Of a stretch of DNA of 64,000 nt, positions 24,332 to 37,269 are shown one piece after another; the stretch's first letter is position 1, and each line of letters starts with the position of its first letter. Source of the stretch: Gammaproteobacteria bacterium (GTDB lineage Bacteria > Pseudomonadota > Gammaproteobacteria > UBA4575); assembly GCA_965242685.1 (NCBI GenBank), contig OZ251487.1, forward strand, positions 1,617,495 through 1,681,494. Direction: 5' to 3'. The notes beneath the pieces are model-generated. The model saw nothing but the letters and a program-made list of their open reading frames with translations. It had not been told where the DNA came from and did not search any database. Made by a program: the position numbers and the translations under genes.

Positions 24332-24745
24332 ATGCAGCTTGCGGGCTCGGCTAGACCGATACACAAATTGACGACACCGTTACAAATAAAACATATACTT
24401 GTCGCACAGTGGCTTGTGACTCTTTGTATTGTCGCCGCCCTGTTTGTGATAAAGCGTGAACTGGCATTGTCGGCTGTATTGGGCGGCTTGGTTTGTACCT
24501 TGCCCAACATGTATTTTGCACGCCGGCTATTTGTCGGCCCCAGGACTGCTAATGCCTATGGATTGCTGCGGTCTGCCTATGTCGCGGAACTCACAAAAAT
24601 AGTGTTAACCAGCGTGTTATTTGTAGTGATTTTGGTAAACTATAAGGCGGTTCATCCACTGACACTGTTCATCACCTTTTTCTTGGTGCAGTCGTGCCTG
24701 TGGTTTGTACCGTTGGTTACTCCTACATCCGGCAACAGAAAATAA
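24332..24745 (+). CDS. atpI: ATP synthase protein I (start uncertain)
   Basis: Small hydrophobic protein with SAVLGGLVCTLPNMYFA and YVAELTK, immediately before atpB. Confidence 0.8.
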   Translation: MQLAGSARPIHKLTTPLQIKHILVAQWLVTLCIVAALFVIKRELALSAVLGGLVCTLPNMYFARRLFVGPRTANAYGLLRSAYVAELTKIVLTSVLFVVILVNYKAVHPLTLFITFFLVQSCLWFVPLVTPTSGNRK

Positions 24746-24762
24746 TTAAGCCTACTCTCTGA

Positions 24763-25632
<870 letters not shown>

Positions 25633-25663
25633 CAATCAGTTGATATTATTTCATGCAATGTAA

Positions 25664-25924
<261 letters not shown>

Positions 25925-25961
25925 AGGCATGCTTATATCAATGAACGGATAAGGCTCAAGC

Positions 25962-26432
25962 ATGAACATAAACATTACTTTGCTCGGTCAAACGCTTGCA
26001 TTCATTGTCTTTGTGGGTTTTTGCATGAAATTTGTGTGGCCGCCCATCATGGCTGCTTTGGATGAACGCAAAAAGAAAATCGCCGATGGACTTGCCGAGG
26101 CCGAACGTGGGTTTAAACAACAGGAACTGGCGCAGCAAAATGCCGAGAAAACATTGGCCGAGGCCAGGCAACAGGCGACCGACATATTAAATCAGGCACA
26201 AAAGCGAGCCGGTGAAATTATTGGAGACGCCAAAAAAACTGCCGTTGAAGAGGGCGACCGAATCAAGGAGGCAGCACATGCAGAGGTAGAAAAAGAAGTG
26301 TATCAGGCCAGGGAACAATTGCGTGCGCAGGTAGCATCCATTGCCGTTGTAGGAGCCGAACGTATCCTGAAGAAGGAAATTGACACAAGCACGCATCAAG
26401 ATATGTTGGATGAGTTGGCTGCGCAAATCTGA
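25962..26432 (+). CDS. atpF: ATP synthase F0 subunit b
   Basis: MNINITLLGQ, KFVWPP, coiled-coil body. Confidence 0.96.
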   Translation: MNINITLLGQTLAFIVFVGFCMKFVWPPIMAALDERKKKIADGLAEAERGFKQQELAQQNAEKTLAEARQQATDILNQAQKRAGEIIGDAKKTAVEEGDRIKEAAHAEVEKEVYQAREQLRAQVASIAVVGAERILKKEIDTSTHQDMLDELAAQI

Positions 26433-26441
26433 TCACATACT

Positions 26442-26978
26442 ATGTCCGAATTCACCACAGCAGCCAGGCCTTACGCACGTGCCGCGTTTGCCGTTGCGAG
26501 TACGAATAATGAGCAACAGGAATGGAGCACAATGCTAAGGTTTATGGTTGCCGTCATGCGCGACTCTTCTGTGTGCACGGTACTGGACAACCCCAGTCTT
26601 TCCCGACAAAAAGTGTCAGATATTTTGCTCTCGATTTGTGAGGGGCAGATTAATGAACACGGAGAAAGCTTTATAAAGCTGTTGGTCGCAAATGATCGTG
26701 TCTCTTTATTGCCAGAAATTACGTCACTGTATGAACGTTATAGTGCCGACGCGCAAGGGTGTGTAGATGCAGAAGTCACTGCTGCTAGCGAGATCAACGA
26801 GATGCAGTTGACAACCATTGCCGCGGCGCTGCGACGACGTTTGAGCAAAGAAGTAAGACTCAGCTCTCGTATTGACGAGACACTTGTAGGCGGTGCAACT
26901 ATACGTGCAGGTGACTTGGTTATTGATGGCTCCGTGCGCGGACGACTCGACAGGCTTGCCTTGGAACTGACAAATTAA
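26442..26978 (+). CDS. atpH: ATP synthase F1 subunit delta
   Basis: ARPYARAAF and [13 protein letters not shown]. Confidence 0.96.
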   Translation: MSEFTTAARPYARAAFAVASTNNEQQEWSTMLRFMVAVMRDSSVCTVLDNPSLSRQKVSDILLSICEGQINEHGESFIKLLVANDRVSLLPEITSLYERYSADAQGCVDAEVTAASEINEMQLTTIAAALRRRLSKEVRLSSRIDETLVGGATIRAGDLVIDGSVRGRLDRLALELTN

Positions 26979-27015
26979 ATTATCAAGTGGCGAGCAAAAA
27001 CAAGAGGAGTTTAAT

Positions 27016-28557
27016 ATGCAACTTAACCCGACTGAAATCAGTGAATTAATTAAACAGCGCATTGAGGGTTTTGAGGTTGTTGCCCAGGCGCGCACGCAAG
27101 GCAGCGTGGTAGGCGTTACCGATGGCATCGTACGCATACACGGCTTAGCTGACGTTATGGCGGGTGAGATGCTCGAATTTCCACGTAACACCTTTGGTAT
27201 GGCGTTAAACCTTGAGCGTGATTCCGTCGGTGCGGTGGTGTTGGGTGATTACAAACATATCAATGAAGGTGACACAGTCTCTTGCACCGGAAGGATCCTG
27301 GAAGTACCCATCGGCCCCGAGTTGCTGGGGCGCGTCGTCGATTCGCTGGGTAATGCCGTAGACGGAAAGGGACCGGTAAATTGCAACCAGTCTTCGCCCA
27401 TCGAAAAGATTGCTCCCGGCGTGATCGAACGAGTATCCGTTAGCGAACCGGTACAAACAGGACTGAAATCTATTGACGCCATGGTGCCGATCGGGCGCGG
27501 GCAGCGCGAGCTTATTATCGGTGACCGTCAAACCGGCAAGACTGCCGTGGCTATTGATACGATAATTAACCAGAAAGGCACGGGGATTAAATGCATTTAC
27601 GTTGCCATCGGCCAAAAGAACTCATCCATTGCCAACGTGGTGCGTAAACTCGAAGAACACGATGCCATGCAACATACCACTGTCATTGCAGCCAGTGCCT
27701 CCGATTCGGCAGCGATGCAATATATTGCACCGTATTCTGGTTGCGCGATGGGTGAATACTTCCGGGATCGTGGTGAAGACGCGCTCATCATATACGATGA
27801 TCTGACGAAACAGGCTTGGGCATATCGTCAAGTATCTCTCCTGTTACGCCGCCCACCGGGGCGCGAGGCCTATCCGGGTGACGTGTTCTACCTTCATTCG
27901 CGCCTGCTGGAGCGCGCTTCGCGTGTTAATGAGGATTACGTGGAAAAGTTTACCGACGGTCGGGTGAAAGGACGAACCGGGTCGCTTACTGCTTTGCCGA
28001 TTATTGAAACGCAGGCAGGCGACGTATCAGCATTTGTGCCTACCAATGTAATCTCTATTACTGACGGGCAAATATTTTTAGAGAGCGATTTGTTCAATTC
28101 CGGATTTCGTCCGGCCATTAATGCCGGCTTGTCTGTGTCGCGGGTAGGGGGTGCCGCGCAAACAAAGATCATTAAAAAGCTTGGCGGGGGGGTACGCTTG
28201 GCACTGGCGCAATATCGGGAATTGGCGGCGTTTTCGCAATTTGCCTCTGACCTTGACGAACAAACCCGCAAGCAACTGGAACGTGGTGAGCGGGTAATGG
28301 AGTTGATGAAACAACCACAATATACCCCGTTGACCATAGCTGAAATGGCAGTATCTTTATTTGCGGTGGATCGGGGATACGTCGACGATGTGGAGGTTGG
28401 GAAAGTAGTGGCTTTTGAAAAAGCCATGCATGATTTTATGCGCTCCCAACACCAGGATTTACTGGAAAGAATCAACAGCGGCGGCGATTATGGTGACGAT
28501 ATCGAGGCGGAGTTACAAAAAGCAGTTGAAGAGTTCAAAGCCAAAGGAAGTTGGTAA
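27016..28557 (+). CDS. atpA: ATP synthase F1 subunit alpha
   Basis: GDRQTGKT and [23 protein letters not shown]. Confidence 0.99.
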   Translation: MQLNPTEISELIKQRIEGFEVVAQARTQGSVVGVTDGIVRIHGLADVMAGEMLEFPRNTFGMALNLERDSVGAVVLGDYKHINEGDTVSCTGRILEVPIGPELLGRVVDSLGNAVDGKGPVNCNQSSPIEKIAPGVIERVSVSEPVQTGLKSIDAMVPIGRGQRELIIGDRQTGKTAVAIDTIINQKGTGIKCIYVAIGQKNSSIANVVRKLEEHDAMQHTTVIAASASDSAAMQYIAPYSGCAMGEYFRDRGEDALIIYDDLTKQAWAYRQVSLLLRRPPGREAYPGDVFYLHSRLLERASRVNEDYVEKFTDGRVKGRTGSLTALPIIETQAGDVSAFVPTNVISITDGQIFLESDLFNSGFRPAINAGLSVSRVGGAAQTKIIKKLGGGVRLALAQYRELAAFSQFASDLDEQTRKQLERGERVMELMKQPQYTPLTIAEMAVSLFAVDRGYVDDVEVGKVVAFEKAMHDFMRSQHQDLLERINSGGDYGDDIEAELQKAVEEFKAKGSW

Positions 28558-28565
28558 TTACGGGA

Positions 28566-29429
28566 ATGGCTGGAGAAAAAGAGATACGTACACAGATCGC
28601 GAGTATTAAAAACACTCAGAAGATCACCAAGGCGATGGAAATGGTAGCCGCAAGCAAAATGCGCAAGGCGCAGGACCGCATGAATGCCACGCGCCCCTAT
28701 TCGCAGAAGATGCTTAACGTAATTGGTCATCTGGCAAATGCCCGCGCCGAGTATCGCCACCCGTTTTTAATTGAGCATGCAAACGTTAAGCGCGTCGGTT
28801 TTATTATAGTTTCTACCGACAGGGGGTTATGTGGCGGCTTGAATATCAACCTATTCAAGACGGCGTTACAGGCCATGCAGGAATGGCAGCAAAAAGACGT
28901 AGCCGTTGATCTTTGTCTGATAGGAGCAAAAGGCACCCAGTTTTTTAAGAAATTCTCCGCGAACGTCGTTTCTCAAATTTCGCACCTGGGAGACGTCATT
29001 CACATAGATGAATTAATTGGTACGGTAAAAACAATGTTGGACGCTTATGCGGAAAACAACATTGATCAGTTGTTCCTGGTAGAAAATGAATTTGTTAATA
29101 CCATGACGCAAAGGCCGAGAGTGATGACGTTGTTGCCGTTACAGCCGGAAGATACTCGGGAATTGAAGCACTATTGGGATTACATTTACGAGCCTGACGC
29201 AAAGACGGTTTTGGATAAGTTATTAACTCGCTATATTGAGTCTATCGTGTACCAAAGCGTGGTTGAAAACGTGGCATGTGAGATGGCTGCGAGAATGATT
29301 GCTATGAAAAGCGCCTCGGATAATGCCGGCGAGCTTATTTCCGAGTTACAGCTTGCCTATAACAAGGCACGTCAAGCAGCCATCACCCAGGAAATTTCTG
29401 AAATCGTTGGCGGTGCAGCGGCCGTTTAA
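28566..29429 (+). CDS. atpG: ATP synthase F1 subunit gamma
   Basis: [41 protein letters not shown]. Confidence 0.98.
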   Translation: MAGEKEIRTQIASIKNTQKITKAMEMVAASKMRKAQDRMNATRPYSQKMLNVIGHLANARAEYRHPFLIEHANVKRVGFIIVSTDRGLCGGLNINLFKTALQAMQEWQQKDVAVDLCLIGAKGTQFFKKFSANVVSQISHLGDVIHIDELIGTVKTMLDAYAENNIDQLFLVENEFVNTMTQRPRVMTLLPLQPEDTRELKHYWDYIYEPDAKTVLDKLLTRYIESIVYQSVVENVACEMAARMIAMKSASDNAGELISELQLAYNKARQAAITQEISEIVGGAAAV

Positions 29430-29439
29430 ATGGCGATGA

Positions 29440-30840
<1,401 letters not shown>

Positions 30841-30852
30841 GGTAAAAACTGT

Positions 30853-31275
30853 ATGGCGATGACGATGCAACTGGATGTGGTAAGTGCCGAAAAAGAGCTT
30901 TTCTCCGGTACCGTCTCTGCGGTTTTTGCCCCTGCTGTAATGGGAGACGTCGGCATCTACCCTCGACATGTACCGCTGGTTACCTCTTTGCGACCGGGAG
31001 AGTTGAAGATCGAAACCGAAGGGCAGGAAGACCAATACCTCTATGTATCGGGGGGTATTCTGGAAGTACAGCCGCAAATTGTCACCGTACTTTCTGATAC
31101 TGCCATTCGCGCCGAAGACCTTGATGAAGCCAAGGCGATGCAGGCCAAACGGCGTGCCGAAGATATGCTGAAAGATCAGCAGGGTGATTTTGATGCCGCC
31201 AAGGCAAAAGCGGAACTTGCTCGAGCTGCCGAGCAGCTACGCATGATCAAAAGGATGCGTAACTTGCACAAGTAG
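30853..31275 (+). CDS. atpC: ATP synthase F1 subunit epsilon
   Basis: GDVGIYPRH, VSGGILEVQP, DTAIRAEDLDE. Confidence 0.97.
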   Translation: MAMTMQLDVVSAEKELFSGTVSAVFAPAVMGDVGIYPRHVPLVTSLRPGELKIETEGQEDQYLYVSGGILEVQPQIVTVLSDTAIRAEDLDEAKAMQAKRRAEDMLKDQQGDFDAAKAKAELARAAEQLRMIKRMRNLHK

Positions 31276-31435
31276 ACGCTCACGGGTTCTACCATGTCTT
31301 GTCTGTATTCATTCACGCATTGGCTTGAGCGCATACAGGCGGATGATCGGCAGGCCAGTCCCGCAGAAAAACCGAGCATTTACAGATCGCGCCACGGGAA
31401 GGCTGGTTTGGTGCTCCGACGTTAGATCGACCCCC

Positions 31436-32803
31436 ATGGGTTTGCACGTTATCATTCTTGCCGCCGGACAGGGGCGGCGCATGCACAGTGATTGGCCCAA
31501 GGTTTTGCACGAAGTGGCCGGCAAACCGATGTTGGCACATGTCATCGCATGTGCAAGGCAACTGTCTCCCCAGGCAATCCACGTAGTAATAGGTTATAGG
31601 GGCGAGCACGTTAAGGCCGTCATAGCCGATACCACGATAAACTGGTGCCTTCAAGATCGGCAACTTGGCACCGGCCATGCGGTACGGCAGGCATTGACCC
31701 GTTTGCGGGGCGATGAGCGCGTCTTGGTTTTATACGGTGACGTGCCGCTGCTGACGCCGGCAACGTTGCAGCGGCTCATTGATCGGTTATCACGGCGTGA
31801 TCTAGTGCTGTTGTCCGCGGTGTTGGACGACCCGACAAGTTATGGGCGTATTGTCCGCGACGCGCACGGCAAGGTACGGTGTATTGTTGAACAACAAGAC
31901 GCAAACAATGAAGAGGCCGCCATTCGTGAAATCAACACAGGAATCCTGGCGACACGTGTAAACTTGCTGCACGAATGGCTTGAAAAGGTTGACAACGACA
32001 ACGCACAGCAAGAGTATTATCTGACCGATTGCATTGCCCTGGCAGTACGCGGGCAATATGATGTGGAGGCATTTATCTGTGATGACGGCCATGAAGTACT
32101 GGGAGTTAATGACAGGGCACAACTTGCGCGAGTAGAGAGAATTTACCAGGACCGCATAGCGGGAGAGCTAATGAATAGCGGTGCGACACTTATGGATCCG
32201 AAGCGTATCGACGTGCGCGGCGAACTGCACGTCGGCAAAGATGTGAAAATTGACGTAAACACGGTTTTTTTGGGCGTCAATTATCTGGGTGATCGAGTTA
32301 AAGTGGGGCCGAACACCGTTGTTATTGACAGCACTATCAAGGCGGGGACCTGTATTCATGCGAGTTGTCACGTTGAAACCGCCATGGTTGGTTATGATTG
32401 CGAAATCGGCCCGTTTGCACGCATACGCCCTGATACAAGGCTTGCTGAGAATGTCAGGATAGGCACTTTTGTCGAGATCAAAAAATCGAGCATTAAAACA
32501 GGAAGCAAAATCAATCACCTCAGCTACATCGGCGACAGCGAACTGGGTGAGCAGGTAAATGTTGGTGCCGGCACGATCACCTGCAACTATGACGGCGCAC
32601 ACAAACACAGTACCATTATTGGTGATAATGTGTTTATCGGTGCAAATACACAGTTTATAGCACCCGTCACCATTGGTGCCGGAGCCACTATCGGCGCCGG
32701 ATCGACAATCGTCAAAGATGCACCGAAAGGAAAGCTTACGCTTATGCGCGGAAAGCAGGTTACGGTAGAGCATTGGAGGCGTCCTGAAAAAATAGACAAA
32801 TAA
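31436..32803 (+). CDS. glmU: Bifunctional UDP-GlcNAc pyrophosphorylase / glucosamine-1-phosphate acetyltransferase
   Basis: ILAAGQGRRM, LGTGHAV, EYYLTD, hexapeptide repeats, CNYDG; start placed at ATG 31436. Confidence 0.97.
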   Translation: MGLHVIILAAGQGRRMHSDWPKVLHEVAGKPMLAHVIACARQLSPQAIHVVIGYRGEHVKAVIADTTINWCLQDRQLGTGHAVRQALTRLRGDERVLVLYGDVPLLTPATLQRLIDRLSRRDLVLLSAVLDDPTSYGRIVRDAHGKVRCIVEQQDANNEEAAIREINTGILATRVNLLHEWLEKVDNDNAQQEYYLTDCIALAVRGQYDVEAFICDDGHEVLGVNDRAQLARVERIYQDRIAGELMNSGATLMDPKRIDVRGELHVGKDVKIDVNTVFLGVNYLGDRVKVGPNTVVIDSTIKAGTCIHASCHVETAMVGYDCEIGPFARIRPDTRLAENVRIGTFVEIKKSSIKTGSKINHLSYIGDSELGEQVNVGAGTITCNYDGAHKHSTIIGDNVFIGANTQFIAPVTIGAGATIGAGSTIVKDAPKGKLTLMRGKQVTVEHWRRPEKIDK

Positions 32804-32809
32804 CCGCTT

Positions 32810-34645
32810 ATGTGTGGGATTATTGGTGCGGTTGCAAGCAGAGATGTAGCAAATATCTTGCTGGATGGCCTACATCGCCTGGAGTATCGCGGCTACGATT
32901 CGGCGGGCATGGTAGTGCTCTCGAACGGTGCATTTCGCCGTATTCGCAAGCCTGGCAAGGTAGGGGAATTAAGCAAGGTTTTGAACAAGGTGACATTGGC
33001 GGGAAAGCTCGGTATTGCTCACACCCGTTGGGCCACGCACGGCGTGCCGACAGAAAACAACGCGCACCCCCACATCAGTAATGATCGGGTTGCTGTAGTA
33101 CATAACGGCATTATCGAGAATTTTGAAGAACTCAAGGCGCAACAGATTGCGCGGGGGACGGCTTTCACCTCGGAAACTGACACCGAAATTATCGCTCATC
33201 AAATCGTCTTCTATCTGCAACAGGGCAATGATTTTTTGGCGGCTGTAGGTCGGGCGATGACGGACCTGGAGGGTGCTTATGCTCTGGGCATAATCGACAA
33301 GAGTGACCCACAGAAACTGGTGGCGGCGCGTAAAGGCAGCCCGCTGGTAATCGGTGTTGGAGAAAACGAAAACTTTATCACCTCCGACATGCATGCCCTG
33401 CTCAGGGAAACGCAGGATTTCATCTTTCTGGAGAACGGTGACATAGCGGAAATTACATGTGAAGCAGTCAACGTCTTCGATCAAACGGGCACGCGCGTGC
33501 CGCGCAAGAGAAAAACCAACAGATTATCCGCAAGCATGGTAGAAAAAGGCGGTTATCCGCACTACATGCTCAAAGAAATTTACGAGCAACCTCAGGCTAT
33601 TGCCGATACGCTTGAAGGAAGACTTGTCAACGGCCATATTGCCCGGCACATTCTCACGTCACCCGCCGAAGACGTTTGGCGTCAAACCCGGGCAATACAA
33701 ATCGTTGCTTGTGGCACGAGCTACCACGCCGGGCTTATTGCGAGGTTCTGGTTCGAGGAATTTGCGCACCTTCCTTGTTTTGTGGACGTAGCCAGTGAAT
33801 TTCGCTATCGCAAGCATATCGTTCAGCCGGGCACCTTGCTCATCATGATTTCACAATCCGGGGAAACCGCCGACGTACTGGCGGTGCTGCAACAAACCAG
33901 GCAGGAGGGTTACATTGCCTCGTTGGTCGTATGCAATACCGAGGGAAGTTCGTTGGTGCGTGAAACCGATCTGGCGATGATGACTCACGCCGGACCGGAG
34001 ATAGGCGTAGCCTCCACCAAGGCGTTCACCACGCAACTCGTGGCGTTACTGATGCTGGTAATTACCGCGGGGCGTCATCACGGCTTACATGATGAACTTG
34101 AAAAGATACTGGTTGAGCAGCTTGTCAACTTATCTACCCGAATTAATCAGGTGCTTGAACTCGGCCCGGAGATCAAGAAGATGGCCGAATACTATGGCGA
34201 CAGGCAGCATGCGCTGTTTTTGGGTCGCGGCATTCATTATCCGGTAGCGATGGAAGGTGCGTTGAAACTGAAAGAAGTCTCCTACATTCATGCCGAGGCG
34301 TATCCTGCCGGGGAATTGAAGCACGGTCCGATCGCCTTGGTGGACAGAAAAATTCCGGTAATTGCCGTTGCCCCGAACGATCTATTGCTGAAAAAACTCA
34401 AATCCAACATAGAGGAAGTACGCGCGCGGGGCGGAGTGCTGCACGTATTTGCGGATGTCAACACCGGTCTTTCCATGACCGAGAAAACGGGTGCCGCCGT
34501 TTTGGGAGTCAATGCGCCGGAAGATGCCGTCGCGCCGATCATCTTTAGTGTGCCGCTACAGTTGCTGGCTTATCACGTGGCGGTGCTCAAGGGGACGGAT
34601 GTGGACCAGCCCAGAAATTTGGCCAAGTCGGTTACGGTGGAATAG
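32810..34645 (+). CDS. glmS: Glutamine-fructose-6-phosphate aminotransferase
   Basis: MCGI, EYRGYDSAG, HTRWATHG, C-terminal PRNLAKSVTVE. Confidence 0.99.
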   Translation: MCGIIGAVASRDVANILLDGLHRLEYRGYDSAGMVVLSNGAFRRIRKPGKVGELSKVLNKVTLAGKLGIAHTRWATHGVPTENNAHPHISNDRVAVVHNGIIENFEELKAQQIARGTAFTSETDTEIIAHQIVFYLQQGNDFLAAVGRAMTDLEGAYALGIIDKSDPQKLVAARKGSPLVIGVGENENFITSDMHALLRETQDFIFLENGDIAEITCEAVNVFDQTGTRVPRKRKTNRLSASMVEKGGYPHYMLKEIYEQPQAIADTLEGRLVNGHIARHILTSPAEDVWRQTRAIQIVACGTSYHAGLIARFWFEEFAHLPCFVDVASEFRYRKHIVQPGTLLIMISQSGETADVLAVLQQTRQEGYIASLVVCNTEGSSLVRETDLAMMTHAGPEIGVASTKAFTTQLVALLMLVITAGRHHGLHDELEKILVEQLVNLSTRINQVLELGPEIKKMAEYYGDRQHALFLGRGIHYPVAMEGALKLKEVSYIHAEAYPAGELKHGPIALVDRKIPVIAVAPNDLLLKKLKSNIEEVRARGGVLHVFADVNTGLSMTEKTGAAVLGVNAPEDAVAPIIFSVPLQLLAYHVAVLKGTDVDQPRNLAKSVTVE

Positions 34646-34648
34646 TAA

Positions 34649-34978
34649 ATGAATGCGTACTTTACACTTTTTGCGGCAATTACGTTTGAAGTTATAGGGA
34701 CAATGTTATTACCAGTATCACAAGGTTTTTCAAAGATAATTCCAACCAGTATTTTACTTGTATCCTATGGTGTATCTTTTTATTTTTTATCGGTTGTTTC
34801 CCAAAAATTACCCTTGTCAGTCATATATGCATCGTGGGCGGGATTAGGTATTTTTTCAGTCGCATTATTGAGTTATATCTTTTACAAGCAAACGATTAAT
34901 TGGCAGACATCGGTTGGTCTTTTTTTAATTATTATTGGGGTAACCATCGTTAATTATTATAAAGATGCAACCGTATGA
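34649..34978 (+). CDS. SMR/DMT family small multidrug or quaternary-amine transporter (EmrE/QacE-like)
   Basis: 109 aa with four TM helices, conserved Glu14, and LPLSVIYASWAGLG motif. Confidence 0.9.
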   Translation: MNAYFTLFAAITFEVIGTMLLPVSQGFSKIIPTSILLVSYGVSFYFLSVVSQKLPLSVIYASWAGLGIFSVALLSYIFYKQTINWQTSVGLFLIIIGVTIVNYYKDATV

Positions 34979-35035
34979 TCCGAAGTGTAGGGTTGCGTCT
35001 AATTATAAATGTTAAATAAGGCACTAAAAGGAAAA

Positions 35036-35110
35036 AAATCGGGACAGAACGGGACGAATTGGGACAAAAAGGAAAATAATTATGGGAAATATCGGGAAAT
35101 ATCGGGAAAA
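35036..35110 (+). repeat. 10-bp-phased direct repeats upstream of zorA
   Basis: GGGAC at 35041, 35051, 35061; GGGAAA at 35084, 35094, 35104. Confidence 0.75.
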
Positions 35111-35191
35111 GATTTGAAGTTAGAAGTTACTTTACGTTTGTTTTGTAGTGGTGTTTTTGTCTCATAGAATAGGCTCAGTATCGAGGGAAAT

Positions 35192-36592
35192 ATGGAATTT
35201 TCTTTGAGTGTTTTGAGTGCTTTACCAATGCAGACTATTGCGCTTGTGTTTCTGGCATTGGTGTTTCTTGTGGCACTTCTAGGTATGGGGAAGGAGCAAG
35301 GATTTTTGGCGCGAATCGCGTCAATTGCTCCAAATACTCTTACTTCAATCGGTATATTTTTTACATTTTTTGGAATTTGGATTTCCCTACAAAGTTTCGA
35401 TGTCACTAATATAGAAGCATCGATTCCTAGATTGTTGGATGGATTGAAACTCGCGTTTCTATCCTCGGTAGCAGGACTCGGGTTGTCCGTCTTGTTCCGT
35501 GGAATCGAAGCAGGTAAACAAAAGGATGATATTGCGGGCGAGGTGACCGCAGGTGATCTATATAACCAACTCGAGGAATTGAACACGAATACATTAGCGG
35601 TCAAGGAAGCGTTGGTTGGTGACTCCGAGGCGAGTTTATCGACACAGTTCGGAAAGTTGAGAAACGACTTCCGTGATTTTGCAGACAGAATGAAAGAAGA
35701 CGGAACACAAGCACTGGTTAAAGCACTTGAGGAGGTGATTAAGGACTTCAATCAAAAAATATCTGAGCAGTTTGGTGAAAACTTCAAGCAACTTAACGAG
35801 GCAGTTGGTGCGCTGCTGAAGTGGCAAGAAGAGTATAAAAATCAGGTTGAAAAATTAACTGAAGCGTTCCAAAAAACACAAATTGGTATTGAGAGTATTG
35901 AGCAAAGTACTGCAAAGATTCCCGAGCATATGCAGAAGGTTGAGACTGCTTTTGATAAAACAGAGGAGCGGGTTGAGCAGTTGTATAAGGCTGTGGGAAA
36001 TCTCTCCGAGATGCGTGAAACAGCAAAGAATGCTGTTCCCGAGTTACAGCAATCGATTGAGAGTATGACTTCGGGCATGAAGGAATCGGTTGATAGTCAA
36101 TTGGAAGTTCTGAAAAACCAAATGCTATCAATGCAAGAGGCACAATCGAACACGTCAAATGAAATTAGGGGGCTTACTAGTGAGTTAGGTGAATTAGTTA
36201 AGACATCACTCGATCAGACTGAAAAGTCTTTTCGTCAGCAAATGGATAAATTTGAGGGCGTGCTTAATAGCTTAAACATGGGTGCCGACAACGTTTTGGA
36301 ATCGACCCAAAGTGTTGCTAAGCAGGTTAAGGAAATTATTGCGAACTTCTCTACAGAACAAGAAAAAATCTCTCGTGAAGTCAACTCCAAGATTGAGCAG
36401 TCGCTCGCAGAAAATGTTGATGCGATGAATAAATCAATGCAGGACCTTGATCAGGGTATGCAACAACATCTTCAGCGTGCGCTCGACAAAATGGGCAATA
36501 ACTTAGTGTCGATCACCGACGAGTTCGTAAAGACATACAAAGAGAGCGGCCGAGAGATTGCCGAATTAATCAATTCGATCAGTAGACGTTAA
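35192..36592 (+). CDS. zorA: Zorya ZorA-like protein (MotA/TolQ-like TM head plus long helical tail)
   Basis: APNTLTSIGIFFTFFGI and LLDGLKLAFLSSVAG TM segments followed by a long helical region; translationally coupled to a MotB-like gene. Confidence 0.82.
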   Translation: MEFSLSVLSALPMQTIALVFLALVFLVALLGMGKEQGFLARIASIAPNTLTSIGIFFTFFGIWISLQSFDVTNIEASIPRLLDGLKLAFLSSVAGLGLSVLFRGIEAGKQKDDIAGEVTAGDLYNQLEELNTNTLAVKEALVGDSEASLSTQFGKLRNDFRDFADRMKEDGTQALVKALEEVIKDFNQKISEQFGENFKQLNEAVGALLKWQEEYKNQVEKLTEAFQKTQIGIESIEQSTAKIPEHMQKVETAFDKTEERVEQLYKAVGNLSEMRETAKNAVPELQQSIESMTSGMKESVDSQLEVLKNQMLSMQEAQSNTSNEIRGLTSELGELVKTSLDQTEKSFRQQMDKFEGVLNSLNMGADNVLESTQSVAKQVKEIIANFSTEQEKISREVNSKIEQSLAENVDAMNKSMQDLDQGMQQHLQRALDKMGNNLVSITDEFVKTYKESGREIAELINSISRR

Positions 36593-37269
36593 TGTTCCAT
36601 AGAAAATCATCGCAGGAAGAACATTGGATATCTGTGTCAGACATGATGGCAGGATTGATGATGATCTTCTTATTCATCGCCGTCATTTATGTTCAAAACA
36701 TTAATAAGCGTTTTGGTGAGGTAAGTAATGTTCGTGATGATATTTGCTCTGATTTGAGTAAGGAATTTTCCTCATACTCAGGTCGTTGGGGAATGTCGAT
36801 TTGTGAAAACGGATTGCTCATATCATTTGAGAGTGACTCAAACTTTGAGATCAACAGTGCAAAATTAACGGATCGTTTCAAAGGCATATTGAGAGATTTT
36901 TTTCCGCGATTGATGGGCGTTATTCAGAAGTACCGTGATTCGATCAGTGAGTTGCGTATTGAAGGACACACTGATAGCTCGGTAAGGTCTGATGATACGG
37001 AGTTGAGCGGTTACATATATAACACGAAACTGTCTCAAGAAAGATCGAGAAATGTTATGGATTTCTCCCTGAGTCTTGATCCGATACTTTCTAACCCTAA
37101 GTATTTGGAGTGGTCTTACAATCATCTTACTGCTCACGGGCTATCCTCAAGTCATCGTATTTTCAATAGTCGTGGTTTGGAGAATTATTCTGCTTCAAGG
37201 CGTGTAGAGTTTCGATTACGAACAAAAGCAGAAGATCGGTTGATGGCTCTTGTTTCAGAGATAAAATGA
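36592..37269 (+). CDS. zorB: Zorya ZorB-like protein (MotB TM plus OmpA-like peptidoglycan-binding domain)
   Basis: WISVSDMMAGLMMIFL with the conserved Asp, IEGHTD, NTKLSQERS, SRRVEFR. Confidence 0.88.
   Translation: MFHRKSSQEEHWISVSDMMAGLMMIFLFIAVIYVQNINKRFGEVSNVRDDICSDLSKEFSSYSGRWGMSICENGLLISFESDSNFEINSAKLTDRFKGILRDFFPRLMGVIQKYRDSISELRIEGHTDSSVRSDDTELSGYIYNTKLSQERSRNVMDFSLSLDPILSNPKYLEWSYNHLTAHGLSSSHRIFNSRGLENYSASRRVEFRLRTKAEDRLMALVSEIK

Noticed and set aside
35036-35110. CRISPR array
   Set aside because: Repeats have a 10-bp period with no unique spacers, and there are no cas genes
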